Under the pieces are notes generated by a model that was not told the DNA's origin, made no database searches, and saw only the letters and a program-made list of their open reading frames with translations. This document shows positions 35,370-49,148 of a DNA stretch of 64,000 nt, piece by piece (positions within the stretch are counted from its first letter, which is position 1; each line of letters opens with the position of its first letter). The translations under genes were made by a program, and so were the position numbers. The stretch comes from Amphiscolops sp. MND2022 (lineage: Eukaryota), in contig OZ076412.1 of the NCBI GenBank assembly GCA_964187785.1, positions 33,232,001 through 33,296,000 of the forward strand, read 5' to 3'.

Positions 35370-38300
35370 CGTCTGCTAAGTGGGTGTCACAGATTATTGT
35401 ATATGGAAGTTCTGAAAAGTTGATGATTTGGTACCCGATAGCATTATTGTTGACCGTACTAAGTGACGATGTGATGAAAATGCTGTCATGATTTTCAAAT
35501 TGTGGTGAAGGTGTGACTATTCCTGTTGCGTCGTGGTCCAACAGGTGGGGCATTCTGCTTGCTATGGCGAGAGTTTCGCCTGGTTGAAGGGTGTATGTAT
35601 TTTCAGTAAATAATGGCGTTGTCTGACGCATTGTTACTTGCGTGTCTGGTTTTAGTTGCATTGAGAGGTATGGAAAAGTTAAGATGCCTTGTGTGACATC
35701 AAAAACTGCATTGTTTCTGCGAAGAAAACAGAGGCCAATGAGTGGGTTTGGTAGGTTTTTCATGATGATGAACTTTTCTCGTAACATGAAATCAGCCACT
35801 TCGAATTCAAGTAGTACTGTGCCGATTGGTACTTCTAGTTGACCATTGGCTACCATAATTTGAAAATTTGGTGGTGGACCAGTATCTTTTATTGCTTCAT
35901 TGGCAATTAATTTGATTTTGTTTAGGTCTTGTTCAGAGATTGCACTAGTCAGGGCTCCTGTGTCAATGAGTCCATCAAGTGTAAGTTTTTCGAAGTCCAT
36001 TGGCATGTAGTACATGTGGCGTTTTCGTTTCAATGTTAGGGAGGTTGACATAGGTAAGTATTACAGGTTGCGTTCCTTGTCAAACTGGATGTCGTTTGTG
36101 ATATCTTCGTCTAAAAGGGGTTGTTTTTGTTCATTGCAAGAAAAAGTGCTCGGGTGGTACATTTCTGGTGAATTTTCTGTAAGTGTAGGAGAGGTTTGGA
36201 TGTTGTCTGAGAGATACTTGTCAGGGGCATCTCTCATGAGGTCATAGTAGGATTCTTGTGGAAGTTGATTACTGTCTGAGTGTGTAGATGTTTGATGTGT
36301 GTAGTCTGGTTCTGTAGTCAGTTGTTTAAGTTGGATATTTATGGTTTCCACTTGACGCTGCCAGTCGTCTTGTGGTTTTTGAGGTGTTATTTGGGCGTTT
36401 TGGTTGGTAAGGCGTGGCGTTTCTAGTTTAAATCCTTGGAAGAGGATTGTTGAGGTCGTTCTATTTTTGGTTTTATGGGTTTTCTAGCTTGTTTGTAAGC
36501 TTCGATGACTTTCTTTTGAGCTTCTGTGAGATTCCACTTCGGTGGTCGGTTTTCCATATTGGCACCGAAGTAGCAGTTTTCTTCTTCATGACCTGGTGTA
36601 TTGCAGTTTTCACATTTTTCTGCATCCGGGTCCTCTTCAAGTTTACGTCGTTTTGCTAGCTTGGGGCAGTTAGCCATCATATGGCCCGTCTCCTTGCAGT
36701 AGCGGCACTGGTCATTTTTGATTGTCTTGTTAGGCACTGTTTTTGGAGTTTGTGTTTTAGAGTTTTCACTTTGCTTTTTGGTCGATTTTTCCACTTTTTG
36801 TTCTTTTTTAGTTACGGTCATTTGGGTTTTGACCGATGGTTCATCTGCTTCCAGACCGTTTAGTTCCATCTCCCTCTCGAGATGTTTTACAATCTGGTCA
36901 TATGTGCCGTTCTCAAGATAGGCTTGATTGATGGATTTTTTTAGGTGTGGGGGCATCTTTGCATAGAGTAAATTCTCTATCATCTGTTGTGCGTTGTCTC
37001 CGAACGCTTTTTCGGCACTCTCTTGGAGTTCTTCAAGGAAGTCTGGTAATTTTTGGTTTTCGGGGTCGAAAAAAGTCTATTGAATTGGTGCTTAGCTGAG
37101 GCACTAGATTCTGGTTTTACATATTTTCTACGAAAGACTTTCAAAATATCTTCGAGGGTTGTAGTTGGGGTTCTTTGTATGTTTTTGAAAGTTTTTAAGG
37201 CCAAACCTCTAAGGTGGGCGTGGAAGTGATTAATTTTTATGTCTCCGGTTAGGTTTGGCTGCATTCGGAGTGTTGTATGGAACAAATCTTCGAAGTATTC
37301 GAATTTTTCATTTTTCTCATTTTTTCCGTTGAATGTCAATGTATTTTTCGGGTGGAAAAGTGATTGCGGTGTGTTTTTGTTTGCTAGTTTCTCTATTGCC
37401 TGGGCAATTTGATTTACTGGGTCAGAGGGTGTTTCCGTGAGTGTTGATGTTGGGCGGCCTGCGCGGGATCCAATGGTATCATTTAAAGGTTGAGAATTTT
37501 GTGAACTTTGTCTATGGAGATGTTTGTTAGCTCCTGTCACCATGTGATAATCCTCATCTAGGCTTTCTGCATCAGACTCTTCGTCGGAATGGATTGTTAC
37601 GTCTACGTCGGACTCACTTCGAAATATAGGTTTTGCAGGATGTTTGAGATCTCTCATTTTAGAAGCCCGAAGAGGATAATCTTCATTTTCTGAGTCTGAA
37701 TTATTGTTATAAGATGCGTGTACTCCAATAGACCCGATTGTTTTGGATCCCGAAGGTTGCATGTTTTGTATAGTATTCTCTTCAGATCTCGGGTTTGTTA
37801 CCGTAGACACACTTTTGTTGGACTTTATTTCTTTCAGAATTGCGTCTAACTTATTCTCCATCTCTTCTCTCATTTTTGCAATCCTATCATTGTTCTTTTG
37901 CTCAAAATTCTCAGTCCACGATTGGATTTCATTACTTAACTGACTAGGTTCGATCAATTGACTCCTGATTCCAACATCATCCAAGTTTTCCTGGGTGTTA
38001 GGATCTGTATTAGTTAAAGTAATATTACCTTGGGTTGGTGTTTCTACTAGAGTTTCATTGGGGCCCCTTTCTGGAGATGGGGTAGCCAATCTCCTGGACC
38101 TTCTACTCCTTTTGTTTCCCATTCTTCTGAAAGGAAAATCGTATTATAGTTGTTGGGGAAGAATTTGAATTTATTCGAGAGAATTATTCAAAACAATTCG
38201 AGTGATGAAACAAGATGTAAGCCAGAAAATTGCTTGTACAAAAGTCAGGTTGAAATGTGAGCAACTGCTTGGTGGGTGAATAAAATCACGACTGAAAAAG

Positions 38301-39460
38301 GTCCCTTCAGATCTGCCTTTCCAAAAATATAGAAAAGATGACGATCGTAATTACTGATATCATTGTTTAAAGAACTAAAAATAGCATAACGTCACATTCA
38401 CATCATTCTAATTATATCCTTCAAGTTATGCTGCCATGACACCCTAAATATTATCAAGGGACCGTAAAACCCTAGGAAAGTAATGCTAGATGCTGTCTAA
38501 AGCGTTTCAAGTATTATTAAATGAGTCAAATGATGCATGAGTGCAAAATGGCAAGAATATAGCTAAAAACGTCTAGTGACGTATATGCGGTACACCACTT
38601 ACCGCATGATAGCGCATATAATGCATATACATCAATATTCATTAATGAATAATAACGCATTTACTTCATAATACACATAATGTAACCATTTGCACATGCG
38701 TTGTGAAAATTGCGTAATGACGTATATACGGCATCGCAAAAGCTGCTTAACGACGTATGATTTCATCATGAAAGCGTCTAATGCCGCACCTGCAGTTTAT
38801 CTAATAATGTGTATCAACGTATAGTCAAAAACGCACAATGCCGAATATGCATGATTCAGATTTACGTATAATGACGCATACATACTACTTCAAAAGCGAC
38901 TTTTAACGCTTGTACATCATACCAATTACAGCACTATGACGCATAATGTGAACGAAATTCATAGGAAAGAAGGTTTCACTCTAACATTTGTAATGAATCA
39001 CGTATTTTAGCGCCTTCCTGCATTAATGACGTTATTTTACTAACTCAAAAGTCTCGAAATGACTCAATTACAAAGTTATATATCTAGAATCTTCATGACT
39101 TGATTAGAGTGAAGTAAAAGAAAAAACAAATGTATCAGTATTTGGAGTGTTTGTTTGGGTCGTTGTTTATCTTTCATTGATGCACTCCGGATCCATCGCA
39201 TCTCTGGGGCTGCGACATACCTGCTACCATTTCATCATGCTACATTATTAATCTTACTCAGTAGCAAATGATCAGAGATAAAATACAGTTTTGTTACGAT
39301 ACTAAATTCTTATACTCTGAAGTTACAACAGTTATCGAAACAAAGTCTCACACTGCTGAAGAAAGTCGAAGGGGAGGGGGCGCTTTGCATGTTACGCTAA
39401 AAAGGAAAAAGTATTATAGTTCAGTTACCCGTGTCAAATGGTACAGTTTGGCCCCTTAAA
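35370..39460 (-). repeat. Tandem duplicate (4091 bp) of ~31278-35369: protease, gag, 5' LTR (37543-39217) and ~240 bp of flank
   Basis: Constant 4091-bp offset with scattered SNPs. Junction ccccttaaa|cgtctgc. Confidence 0.95.
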
Positions 39461-39939
39461 AGTTTTTAATTTCTTGGAAATATTTTGGTCAGCTCGTGTG
39501 GGTTGAAAATAAGTTGTTAGCACAGGCATTTTTCACTGCATGAAGCGCTAATTTAAAAGACATGACTGAAGCAGTCGAATTATAAATTGTGCTTGAAAGA
39601 TATATTGACATTCCATGTCGTCTTTTATCCTCAAACATTTTTAAACCAAAATTTGTAACAGGTACATGCAGCTCAAAACGTTTCATGTGTATCATTTGTA
39701 AAAATGCACGTGAGCCAATAACCTTAGATATGTCACTTAACAACGCTTAGTAGACTTAGTTATGTTTAGTTGAGAAACGGACAAAAGTTTTTAGTCGTGA
39801 TTCATGTAAATAGCACCAACCGGGGATTCAACCGCGCAAGAACACCAGTCATGCACGTTCACACCATCTGAATTGGCAATTTAATAGGTTGAAACTGTCA
39901 CGTGTCTTGGTTGAAAGAACGCCTAAATGTTATGTATTA

Positions 39940-41107
39940 CCCCAGTCGAACTCCCATACATTTCTTGCAAGAATCTTGCAGAAGTGGTACATATGAGACA
40001 CTATCTGCAAGAATCTTGCAAGAATCTTGGATTTCAGACAAACCTGTCAGATTCTTGCAGATCAGACATTTCTTGCAGATTTAGACGTTTCTTGCAAGAT
40101 TCTTGCAGCTCAAGACATTTCTTGCAAGATTCTTGGACAGATCTTGCAAGACAATGTCTGAAACTTGAAAGATATTCTGCAAGAAAATGTCTGGAAAACG
40201 TCGAGATTGTTTTTTTCAAATCAACCAATTTTAAACCAAGAATGTGTTCAAAATGAATGTGAATGTCTCATATATGGGGTCACACGGACCTAAATGTGAC
40301 CAAAGTTATTGAAATATGATATGTTCATTTTAGAACTCTCAGTTTTGGGAGCTGCACATTTGCCACGATGGTGACCTAGGACAGCCGCCTGAGCTGTGCC
40401 CTAACTTGCGAGGATCTTGATGAAGGAGCTACTCGAGTGTACATGTACAGTGAGATGAAACATACGTCAGTGCATCCAGAAAATGTACTGGTGTAAACAA
40501 TTTCTGCTACTGCTATATAATAGGTGCAGCCCAGAAGGTAGTGTTATTCTCATGAAGACGGAAGCAGCAGACTACCTCCAGAGTAATTCGTCAAATTTGG
40601 ACATTCAGCAGCAACAAACTTGAATCACGTATACATGTCGAACAAACGCTTAAGCTGTAATCTTTGAATACGTGTACACAATAATGCTTATCTTCGTCTA
40701 TATACGTTTCGCTGATCTAACAATCTTTCAATTGGAAATTTTCACACTCTTTTTTGAATTTACTTTCAAGATTCAAGCATTTTCTTCCAAGTTACTCTCA
40801 AGGTTCAGGCATTTTCTTCCAAATTACTTCCAAGATTAGGCATTTTCTTCCAAGATACTTCCAAGATCAGACATTTTCTTCCAAGTTACTTCCAAGATCA
40901 GGCAATTTCTTCCAAGTTACTTCCAAGATCAGATATTTTCTTGCAATATCTTGCAAGACCAGACATTTTCTTGCAAGATCTTGCAAGACCAGACATTTTC
41001 TTGCAAGATCTTCCAAGATACCTGCAACAATAATGCATTGTCTTCCAAGATCTTGGAAGTGATATCGGACAGATTCTTGCAGAAAATGTATGGAAGTTCG
41101 ACTGGGG
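39940..41107. mobile_element. MITE-like element with TA target duplication and internal tcttgcaaga/ttcttccaag arrays
   Basis: ta|ccccagtcgaactcccatacatttcttgcaagaatct ... agattcttgcagaaaatgtatggaagttcgactgggg|ta. Confidence 0.8.
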
Positions 41108-42576
41108 TACAACTGACACAACGAGTCATTCTGACAGGTGGTCGATCTTTTCATGGGCAATTAATTGAAACAATTTCCAGAGAGAAAATTGCAGCGTATG
41201 CATCAAATTGACAAACTGGTGAGCTCAAAAGTTTGTACTGGAGACCAATTTCTTCATTTTGGGTGATCAAAGTAGGGAAAAGTTTTGAAATATTTTATGG
41301 AGCTTTTGCACTGCCTGATTTTAGTCAGCACTTTTTTTTAGTAAAAGAGTCGACTATAGTCATAGCTTTTCGTCAGTGTTTTTCTCGACACACTTGAAGT
41401 GATCAAAATAGTTCTACCAAAAATTTTAGAGAATTCTAAGACGCCAAAGTGTACAGGGAACTGGATAATAAGAGTCTTCCTTTTTTAGCAAAACATACAA
41501 GACTAAAGGGTCCCCTCTTTTAGTTTTTTCGGCAATGTGAGATTTTTCTCAAATTTTTTTTAACCGACTGCCCCCCTTCAATTTTTTGATGACTTGCGAC
41601 AGAATGAATGAAAAATCTCAAAGGGCTCCCCTGGCGTGTCGATTCGGTCCAACTTTTTGGTTTTTCTGGTACTGTAGAAGAGAATACTTAGTTACTTTGA
41701 AGTCCTTTTTGCTATTTTTGAGCATTAGATATGGCGCCGACTTGGGCCGTTCCCGGCTTGTTTGGGCTGGCTGTGCAGTTTTGGGTAGTATTTTATTTCC
41801 TGATCTAACTTTCTTCGCTGCTCAATGAGAGAAAACTTCTATTAGTTCTTAAAAAGATTACGTCTAAATTTCGTCTAGTACGTTGAATTTGCAAGTAATA
41901 AGTGCCGTACTATAAAGTACAAAATTTTGAAAGAAAACTTTGAAATGACTCCACCATTTTCAGGCAAATTAAAATTACTAGTATGATTGTGATCAATCAA
42001 TGTGATGACATAGGTCACTAGAAACACTGTAGCAAAAAACTGTAGGCGCCTTGAAAATTCATTAGTATGAATGAAATATACATCATAATCTCCACGCTAC
42101 GTTATTTAAAGGTAAGTATTTTAAACTTGTATTCCGTAGTTCTATCACTATTTCAAATCGTAGCATGAGGCCTATTGATGGAACCAAGCAACTATTTCAT
42201 TTTGATAGTTATATGAGTGCTGTGAGGGTCAACCTGCGCAGAATCTCATCAAAGTTTGAACGTGAACCATAACATTAAGATGTTGTATATACCAGTAAGA
42301 TTTGGTTTTCATCTCATTTTGTCAATGCTCCAATCTCTATTTTTCTTTCAATATTTCGAAAAAAGGGTTTTGAATTTCTGTTAGAGAATCTCGAGTTTTG
42401 TTTGGGTGAAAAATGACCTTTTCAAAAAACAACAATTGTTTTTGCTTGAAAAAGTCGAACACAAAATTCAGTGCTCTTATTTTCGGAAGAGATACATAAT
42501 TTGGAAAGGTCTCACAAGATCCTGCTAAACAGACACTCCTCAATTGTTTTTCATTTTGTTAAAATTTTGGGCTCAC

Positions 42577-42809
42577 CGTTTGGTAACAGTCTTGGTTGCA
42601 TCCACAGTTCTGGAACACTGTATTTTGTTTCTTGCAGACAGAGCATTCTGATTGAAGGACACATTTACCCGAGTGGTCTCTGAGGTAGCCCTGTTTGCAG
42701 AAACACCCCCACACACACCCACTCGAGGACAGGTTGGGGACACAAGGCGACTCAAGTTGTGTACAGTTTGCTTCACAGCCTCGATGACGACACTGAAAAG
42801 AGTCGGGAG
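42577..42809 (-). CDS. Host exon encoding a TIL (trypsin-inhibitor-like, Cys-rich) domain and the start of a second one
   Basis: Acceptor tttctctctactctacag|, donor |gtgagc. Open frame PDSFQCRHRGCEANCTQLESPC..CVWGCFCKQGYLRDHSGKCVLQSECSVCKKQNTVFQNCGCNQDC. Missed by the ORF track because it has no start codon. Confidence 0.8.
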
Positions 42810-43051
42810 CTGTAGAGTAGAGAGAAATAATTCGAGATCACTGTGATCCTTGGAATCCCGTTATGACTTTGCTTTTGATGAAAGCTCTGTAGTATGTATG
42901 CTGATGTGATATGTCAAAGCAAACAATGGCACTCTCACTATTCCAGTTTTTCGGGAGGATCATTTACTAATGCAATCCAGACATGAATGATTATTTTGTA
43001 ATTCAGTGAAAATTAACAAAGAACGCATTAATGATTTTAGAATAATACGCC

Positions 43052-44392
43052 TGTCGCAGGCTGCCGCCTGTGATGGCAACCTCAAGGAAACGAGTTCAAA
43101 TGTTTGCATGTCCAGTATAGCTAGCATAACTGCGTACGGCGCGTTGGCCAATCAGAGCCTTGCAAGTCTCATTTACAGTTGCTACAATGTATTCATTGCT
43201 AATCGGAATGGACCAATACGACTACTTGGCCTAAGCGGTTTTATTGCATTTTGTCGCTGTACTGTGAAATTACTGAGTAGTTAAAACAAGACAAGTGCGG
43301 CTTTGAAATCTATTTAGTCTTATTTGTTGAATTAATGCTATCGATGTTGTAATATGAAGTAAAGCCTGACATTCTGCTCTTTGGAATTAAAGTATGAAAT
43401 TGATGCTACGTAAAAATACAGGTTGATGTGATGCATAATCCGAGTTGCAATATAAACAGTATCATGAAACACCCATCTGCAGTGTTGCCCTTTCCTTCTT
43501 ATGATGAAGTGAAACCAGAAAATCCCTTGCGGCCATTGGCCGTACAGGGACATGAATTCATTATACATGTAAGTTGACCTATACATGAAGTTCATCATGT
43601 TAAACAAAACCCCTTGAACAGTGCGTTGTTCCACGTCCTTGGTGAGTGCTTTGATATTGCTGCCTCCCCAAGTGCTAATTGACGTAATGTCACTATTTAT
43701 AGTGATGATAGAATCTATTTTTACCTGGAAGTTATTTATAGTAACATGACCAATTTTTTATTGCGTCTCATGCCCACTTGCGTATATATACCCAAGTCAG
43801 GCTTTTGTGAGACACAATTTAGTTGAACCGATGTTATTCGGTTGCTTCGCAATTATACAAGTTTTTGTAAAACTCTCCTACTATACTCAATTACAGAAAC
43901 AATACAATCATTTTCTCCTGTAGAAACACTTTTATGCCTTCAGCAAGGAAGCAAAAGGCTAAGGTCAGAAAGTAGAGAGAACTAGATATGTTGTCCGAAT
44001 GCGGCAACATGGACGTGATGTTAGGAGATGGGAATTCTAACTCTAAAGAAAGAGAACTAGATAGTCTTGTTAATGTCCCAGAAAGGCGACAGGACTTTCA
44101 GTCCTTTCCGAACAGAGAAAATTCATCTCAAGAGAATGAAATCAGAGACATCAGCAAGAAATGAGCCTGTTAGGAAAGAAACACTAATAGAGTCAATTAA
44201 TAAACTATCAGGTGATATGAATGCTAGGATGTCTCGGGAAATGGAGACAACGATGAATTACATGCAAACTCAGAGTAATAAAGCCATTAACTGTGCTCTA
44301 AGTGAGAGAATAATACCTGAAATAAAAAACATGGTGGAAAATTTGCCTGTGCGCCTGTGATCGAAGGGATCATACGGACATTGCTCCTTATA
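43052..44392 (+). repeat. 5' LTR of element B, copy 1; contains the gag ORF start (ATG 43934)
   Basis: Begins TGTCGCAGGCTGCC, matches 63870 onward, and is followed by the PBS TGGTGACAGGAGC at 44393-44405. Confidence 0.85.
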
Positions 44393-47141
44393 TGGTGACA
44401 GGAGCCAACGAGCCCCAACAACTGATTACTGAATTCCTTACAGGACGAATTCACTCTCACCCAGACCTTCAGAGTACAGAATCGGCGTATTGTACAACCA
44501 TGGACACAACTCTACCAGTAGCACAGACAGTTGCGGCTGAACAGCCACAAGACACTATCAATCGTCTGGCAGATGTCCTGGTAAATCTCCAAAATAAACC
44601 ACACTCGAAGACAATCCGACCAGTCACGATGAACTATATAAATTTTGACGGAAAAACAGAGAAATTCGAATAGTTTGAAGATTTATTTCATACAATGATA
44701 AAGATGCATGACTGAACAAATGAAAAGAAAACCAATTTCTTTCACTGCTCAGAAAGGGAGCCCTACAAACTTTTCGAAATTTAAACTCTATAAACCGCCA
44801 AACTTTGGAGGACGTATTGGTCATGTCCAGTAGAAAATACGTCAAACCCGAGTCTCAAGCCACACCAAAGCACAAGTGGCACCGACTCATATTTGATCCC
44901 AATCCAATCCAAAGAAACTACATGACTTTCTGCAGGAACTCAACCAGGGAGCCGAGAAGGCCTTTGGAGAGAATGCTGAAAGTGTGATAGACACTTTGCC
45001 ATATGCCAAAGAACCATCCAAACTCAAACGATTGGCCAACATGGCCAGATCAGAAAATGGGACATATGAGAAGATTGTGGCACTACTCGAACTAGAACTC
45101 GATTTAAACGCCTTGATTTAAACGATTTTAAGAATCTGATGATTTACCCCTTGCCACAATGGCTTCAACGCCGGGCAAGGTGCAAAATCTGCTGTCTAAT
45201 GGCATTGATACCAACAAGGATAATCAATGATCAAACTGCAACGCTGAAGACAACTTCTGGAAGAACTGCCCAAAGCTCAAAAAAGAAAAAGAAATGGACG
45301 TTAAAGTTGGGTAGATGGGTATATGTTGGGTAAATGTCCCACTTGCAGCAAAACGTCCAGGAGAGAAATGTTGGCGTGGTGCGGGAGCGCACCTTCGTCC
45401 CAAAAGGAACAGGCAAGATATCAAAACCACAGATGCCTCCGAGGACGAAGGAAACTCCACCAAATATTACAAATCCACGACGTCCGCATCAGGCCAATCA
45501 ACTTCAAAGACACCTGATTCAAAAAAACTATCCACGACTCCAAAAATGTGACCGAATTTTGATACGGCTATATGTCATATCTGACCCATCTAACGTAATT
45601 TATAAACAGTCCTATAGTGACATCAACGGAACACTGTCAGTTGTCTGGCAGCAACTGGGGAAAAAGCTTGCATTGAAACTTACAAATTGGTCCACAACGA
45701 CCGCCCAGGCCGATACTACGGAATGGACTATACTGCAGAATTTGAAACCCAATTTCAACCACTCCAACTAATTGAAGGTTAAAACACTCAATATAATAAC
45801 CATGAATATGGACTAGATCCGTATTAGGACAGTTCTCTATACGACCAGCAATCCTTACGGTTCAAATGTGAGGACTATCCGGCAACTGATGCTGAGGTTG
45901 ACCCTGAAGTCCCATATGTTCGAATGTCTCAGGGAGGATAGAATCCACAAATCAATAAATTAGAAAAAAATAGATGAAGAGCCGTCTAAAAACGAGACAC
46001 AGGCCACACCCGGCCTTCTCGACGAGACGGCCTTCATACTTGCCCTTGTAAGCAAAGAGGGAAAACCGGCATACATACCCTTATCCACAAATCTCGGACC
46101 CAAATACAAAAAACAGGTGCTATATTTTCTGATGTACTTTGGGGAATTAACCCTAGACAGCCTAATAGACACTGGAGCCCTATCTAGTGCAATTCCAGAA
46201 GCAGACTCCAGGAAAATCCGCCTCCTAGCACCTCAATCCATAGTCAAAGAGAGACCAGCTCCCTCTTTCAAATCATGGTCGCAAATGGTTAATTGGAAAC
46301 CCCCAAAAGCACCGTTGAACTCAAGTTCGAAGTAGGAGATAATAATTTGCACGAAACATTCATAGTAATGGAAAAACTGACCGACTCCATCATAGGTCTA
46401 ATGTTCCTCCAAAGGAATCTTACAGTTCTGGACATGGGACAAGGCATACTCAACTTCCCATACATCTCCGTGCAACTCAAAGCAGCTGACAATAAAAACT
46501 CGAATGTCTTGGATCCCCTACTTAACCCAGATGATTTAGCAACACCATACAATGATCGAATCCTAGTGGGGATCAAATCCCAGATTTACAATGAAAATAC
46601 GGTCACAGGAGTCTTGCAACCTAGTGATCTCCTACACGAAAGTGCGCCCCAATAGTCACGTTGATCAATGGAACCGTCAATGTCCATATCAACATCTTCA
46701 TGTTAAACCAATAGACCCGGTGTCCACATGGCATATACTAAACGAAAGGGAAGAAGGTGCGATTTACTATGTCAGTAGTCTACTCAAGGCCAGCAAAATA
46801 ATGACCAATACAAACAGTACCGGCTCCAACACCCGAAAACCCAGGAGTTGAAAACTCCCACACTCCTAAACAACAACGAATTCTTCAAAAACTACGCAAC
46901 CTACAAGGGGCAGAACAGCTAGACCCCCAGAACGATACTCCAACAGCATGAAATCAAAAAGATCGAATCGCTCCTAGTTGAGTTTTGTTTGGGTGAACAA
47001 TTGTTTTTGCTTGAAAAAGTCGAACACAAAATTCAGTGCTCTTATTTTCGGAAGAGATACATAATTTGGAAAGGTCTCACAAGATCCTGCTAAACAGACA
47101 CTCCTCAATTGTTTTTCATTTTGTTAAAATTTTGGGCTCAC

Positions 47142-47374
47142 CGTTTGGTAACAGTCTTGGTTGCATCCACAGTTCTGGAACACTGTATTTTGTTTCTTGC
47201 AGACAGAGCATTCTGATTGAAGGACACATTTACCCGAGTGGTCTCTGAGGTAGCCCTGTTTGCAGAAACACCCCCACACACACCCACTCGAGGACAGGTT
47301 GGGGACACAAGGCGACTCAAGTTGTGTACAGTTTGCTTCACAGCCTCGATGACGACACTGAAAAGAGTCGGGAG
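47142..47374 (-). CDS. Second copy of the TIL-domain host exon
   Basis: I see no differences from 42577-42809, and splice sites are intact. Confidence 0.75.
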
Positions 47375-47616
47375 CTGTAGAGTAGAGAGAAATAATTCGA
47401 GATCACTGTGATCCTTGGAATCCCGTTATGACTTCGCTTTTGATGAAAGCTCTGTAGTATGTATGCTGATGTGATATGTCAAAGCAAACAATGGCACTCT
47501 CACTATTCCAGTTTTTCGGGAGGATCATTTACTAATGCAATCCAGACATGAATGATTATTTTGTAATTCAGTGAAAATTAACAAAGAACGCATTAATGAT
47601 TTTAGAATAATACGCC

Positions 47617-49148
47617 TGTCGCAGGCTGCCGCCTGTGATGGCAACCTCTTCACCATCGACCAAAGTGTACCTATGGCCCTACCCGGCACAATGTCAATAT
47701 GATTGCAATTGTTAACAAACTTGAAAACATTATTTGTTCTTCTGGAATTTTCAACACATGCAAATTAGTTTTATGTATTTGTATATTTAGTGCAGTTAAT
47801 ATTTGACAGCAAGCTATATACTGACAGGCAAAAGGAAACGAGTTCAAATGTTTGCATGTCCAGTATAGCTAGCATAACTGCGTACGGCGCGTTGGCCAAT
47901 CAGAGCCTTGCAAGTCTCATTTACAGTTGCTACAATGTATTCATTGCTAATCGGAATGGACCAATACGACTACTTGGCCTAAGCGGTTTTATTGCATTTT
48001 GTCGCTGTACTGTGAAATTACTGAGTAGTTAAAACAAGACAAGTGCGGCTTTGAAACCTATTTAGTCTTATTTGTTGAATTAATGCTATCGATGTTGTAA
48101 TATGAAGTAAAGCCTGACTTTCTGCTCTTTGGAATTAAAGTATGAAATTGATGCTACGTAAAAATACAGGTTGATGTGATGCATAATCCGAGTTGCAATA
48201 TAAACAGTATCATGAAATACCCATATGCAGTGTTGCCCTTTCCTTCTTATGATGAAGTGAAACCAGAAAATCCCTTGCGGCCATTGGCCGTACAGGGACA
48301 TGAATTCATTATACATGTAAGTTGACCTATACATGAAGTTCATCATGTTAAACCAAACCACTTGAACTGTGCGTTGTTCCACGTCCTTGGTGAGTGCTTT
48401 GATATTGCTGCCTCCCCAAGTGCTAAGTGACGTAATGTCACTATTTATAGTGATGATAGAATCTATTTTTACCTGGAAGTTTTTTATAGTAACATGACCA
48501 ATTTTTTATTGCGTGTCATGCCCACTTGCGTATATATACCCAAGTCAGGCTTTTGTGAGACACAATTTAGTTGAACCGATGTTATTCGGTTGCTTCGCAA
48601 TTATACAAATTTTTGTAAAACTCTCCTACTATACTCAATTACAGAAACAATACAATCATTTTCTCCTGTAGAAACACTTTTATGCCTTCAGCAAGGAAGC
48701 AAAAGGCTAAGGTCAGAAAGTAGAGAGAACTAGATATGTTGTCCGAATGCGGCAACATGGACGTGATGTTAGGAGATGGGAATTCTAACTGTAAAGAAAG
48801 AGAACTAGATAGTCTTGTTAATGTCCCAGAAAGGCGACAGGACTTTCAGTCCTTTCCGAACAGAGAAAATTCATCTCAAGAGAATGAACTCATGAATTCT
48901 CACACATCAGCAAGAAATGAGCCTGTTAGGAAAGAAACACTAATAGAGTCAATTAATAAACTATCAGGTGATATGAATGCTAGGATGTCTCGGGAAATGG
49001 AGACAACGATGAATTACATGCAAACTCAGAGTAATAAAGCCATTAGCTGTGCTCTAAGTGAGAGAATAATACCTGAAATACAAAACATGGTGGAAAACTT
49101 GCCTGTGCGCCTGTGATCGAAGGGATCATACGGACATTGCTCCTTATA
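47617..49148 (+). repeat. 5' LTR of element B, copy 2 (undeleted)
   Basis: As copy 1 plus the 183-bp segment that also occurs in the 3' LTR at ~63902 onward. Confidence 0.85.

Noticed and set aside
40330-40640. GC-richer insert inside the 39940-41107 MITE as a captured exon
   Set aside because: All frames contain stops or give no recognisable protein.
41200-41900. Possible DNA-transposon remnant (also 11850-12770)
   Set aside because: Composition suggests old non-autonomous elements, but I could not pair TIRs or define TSDs.
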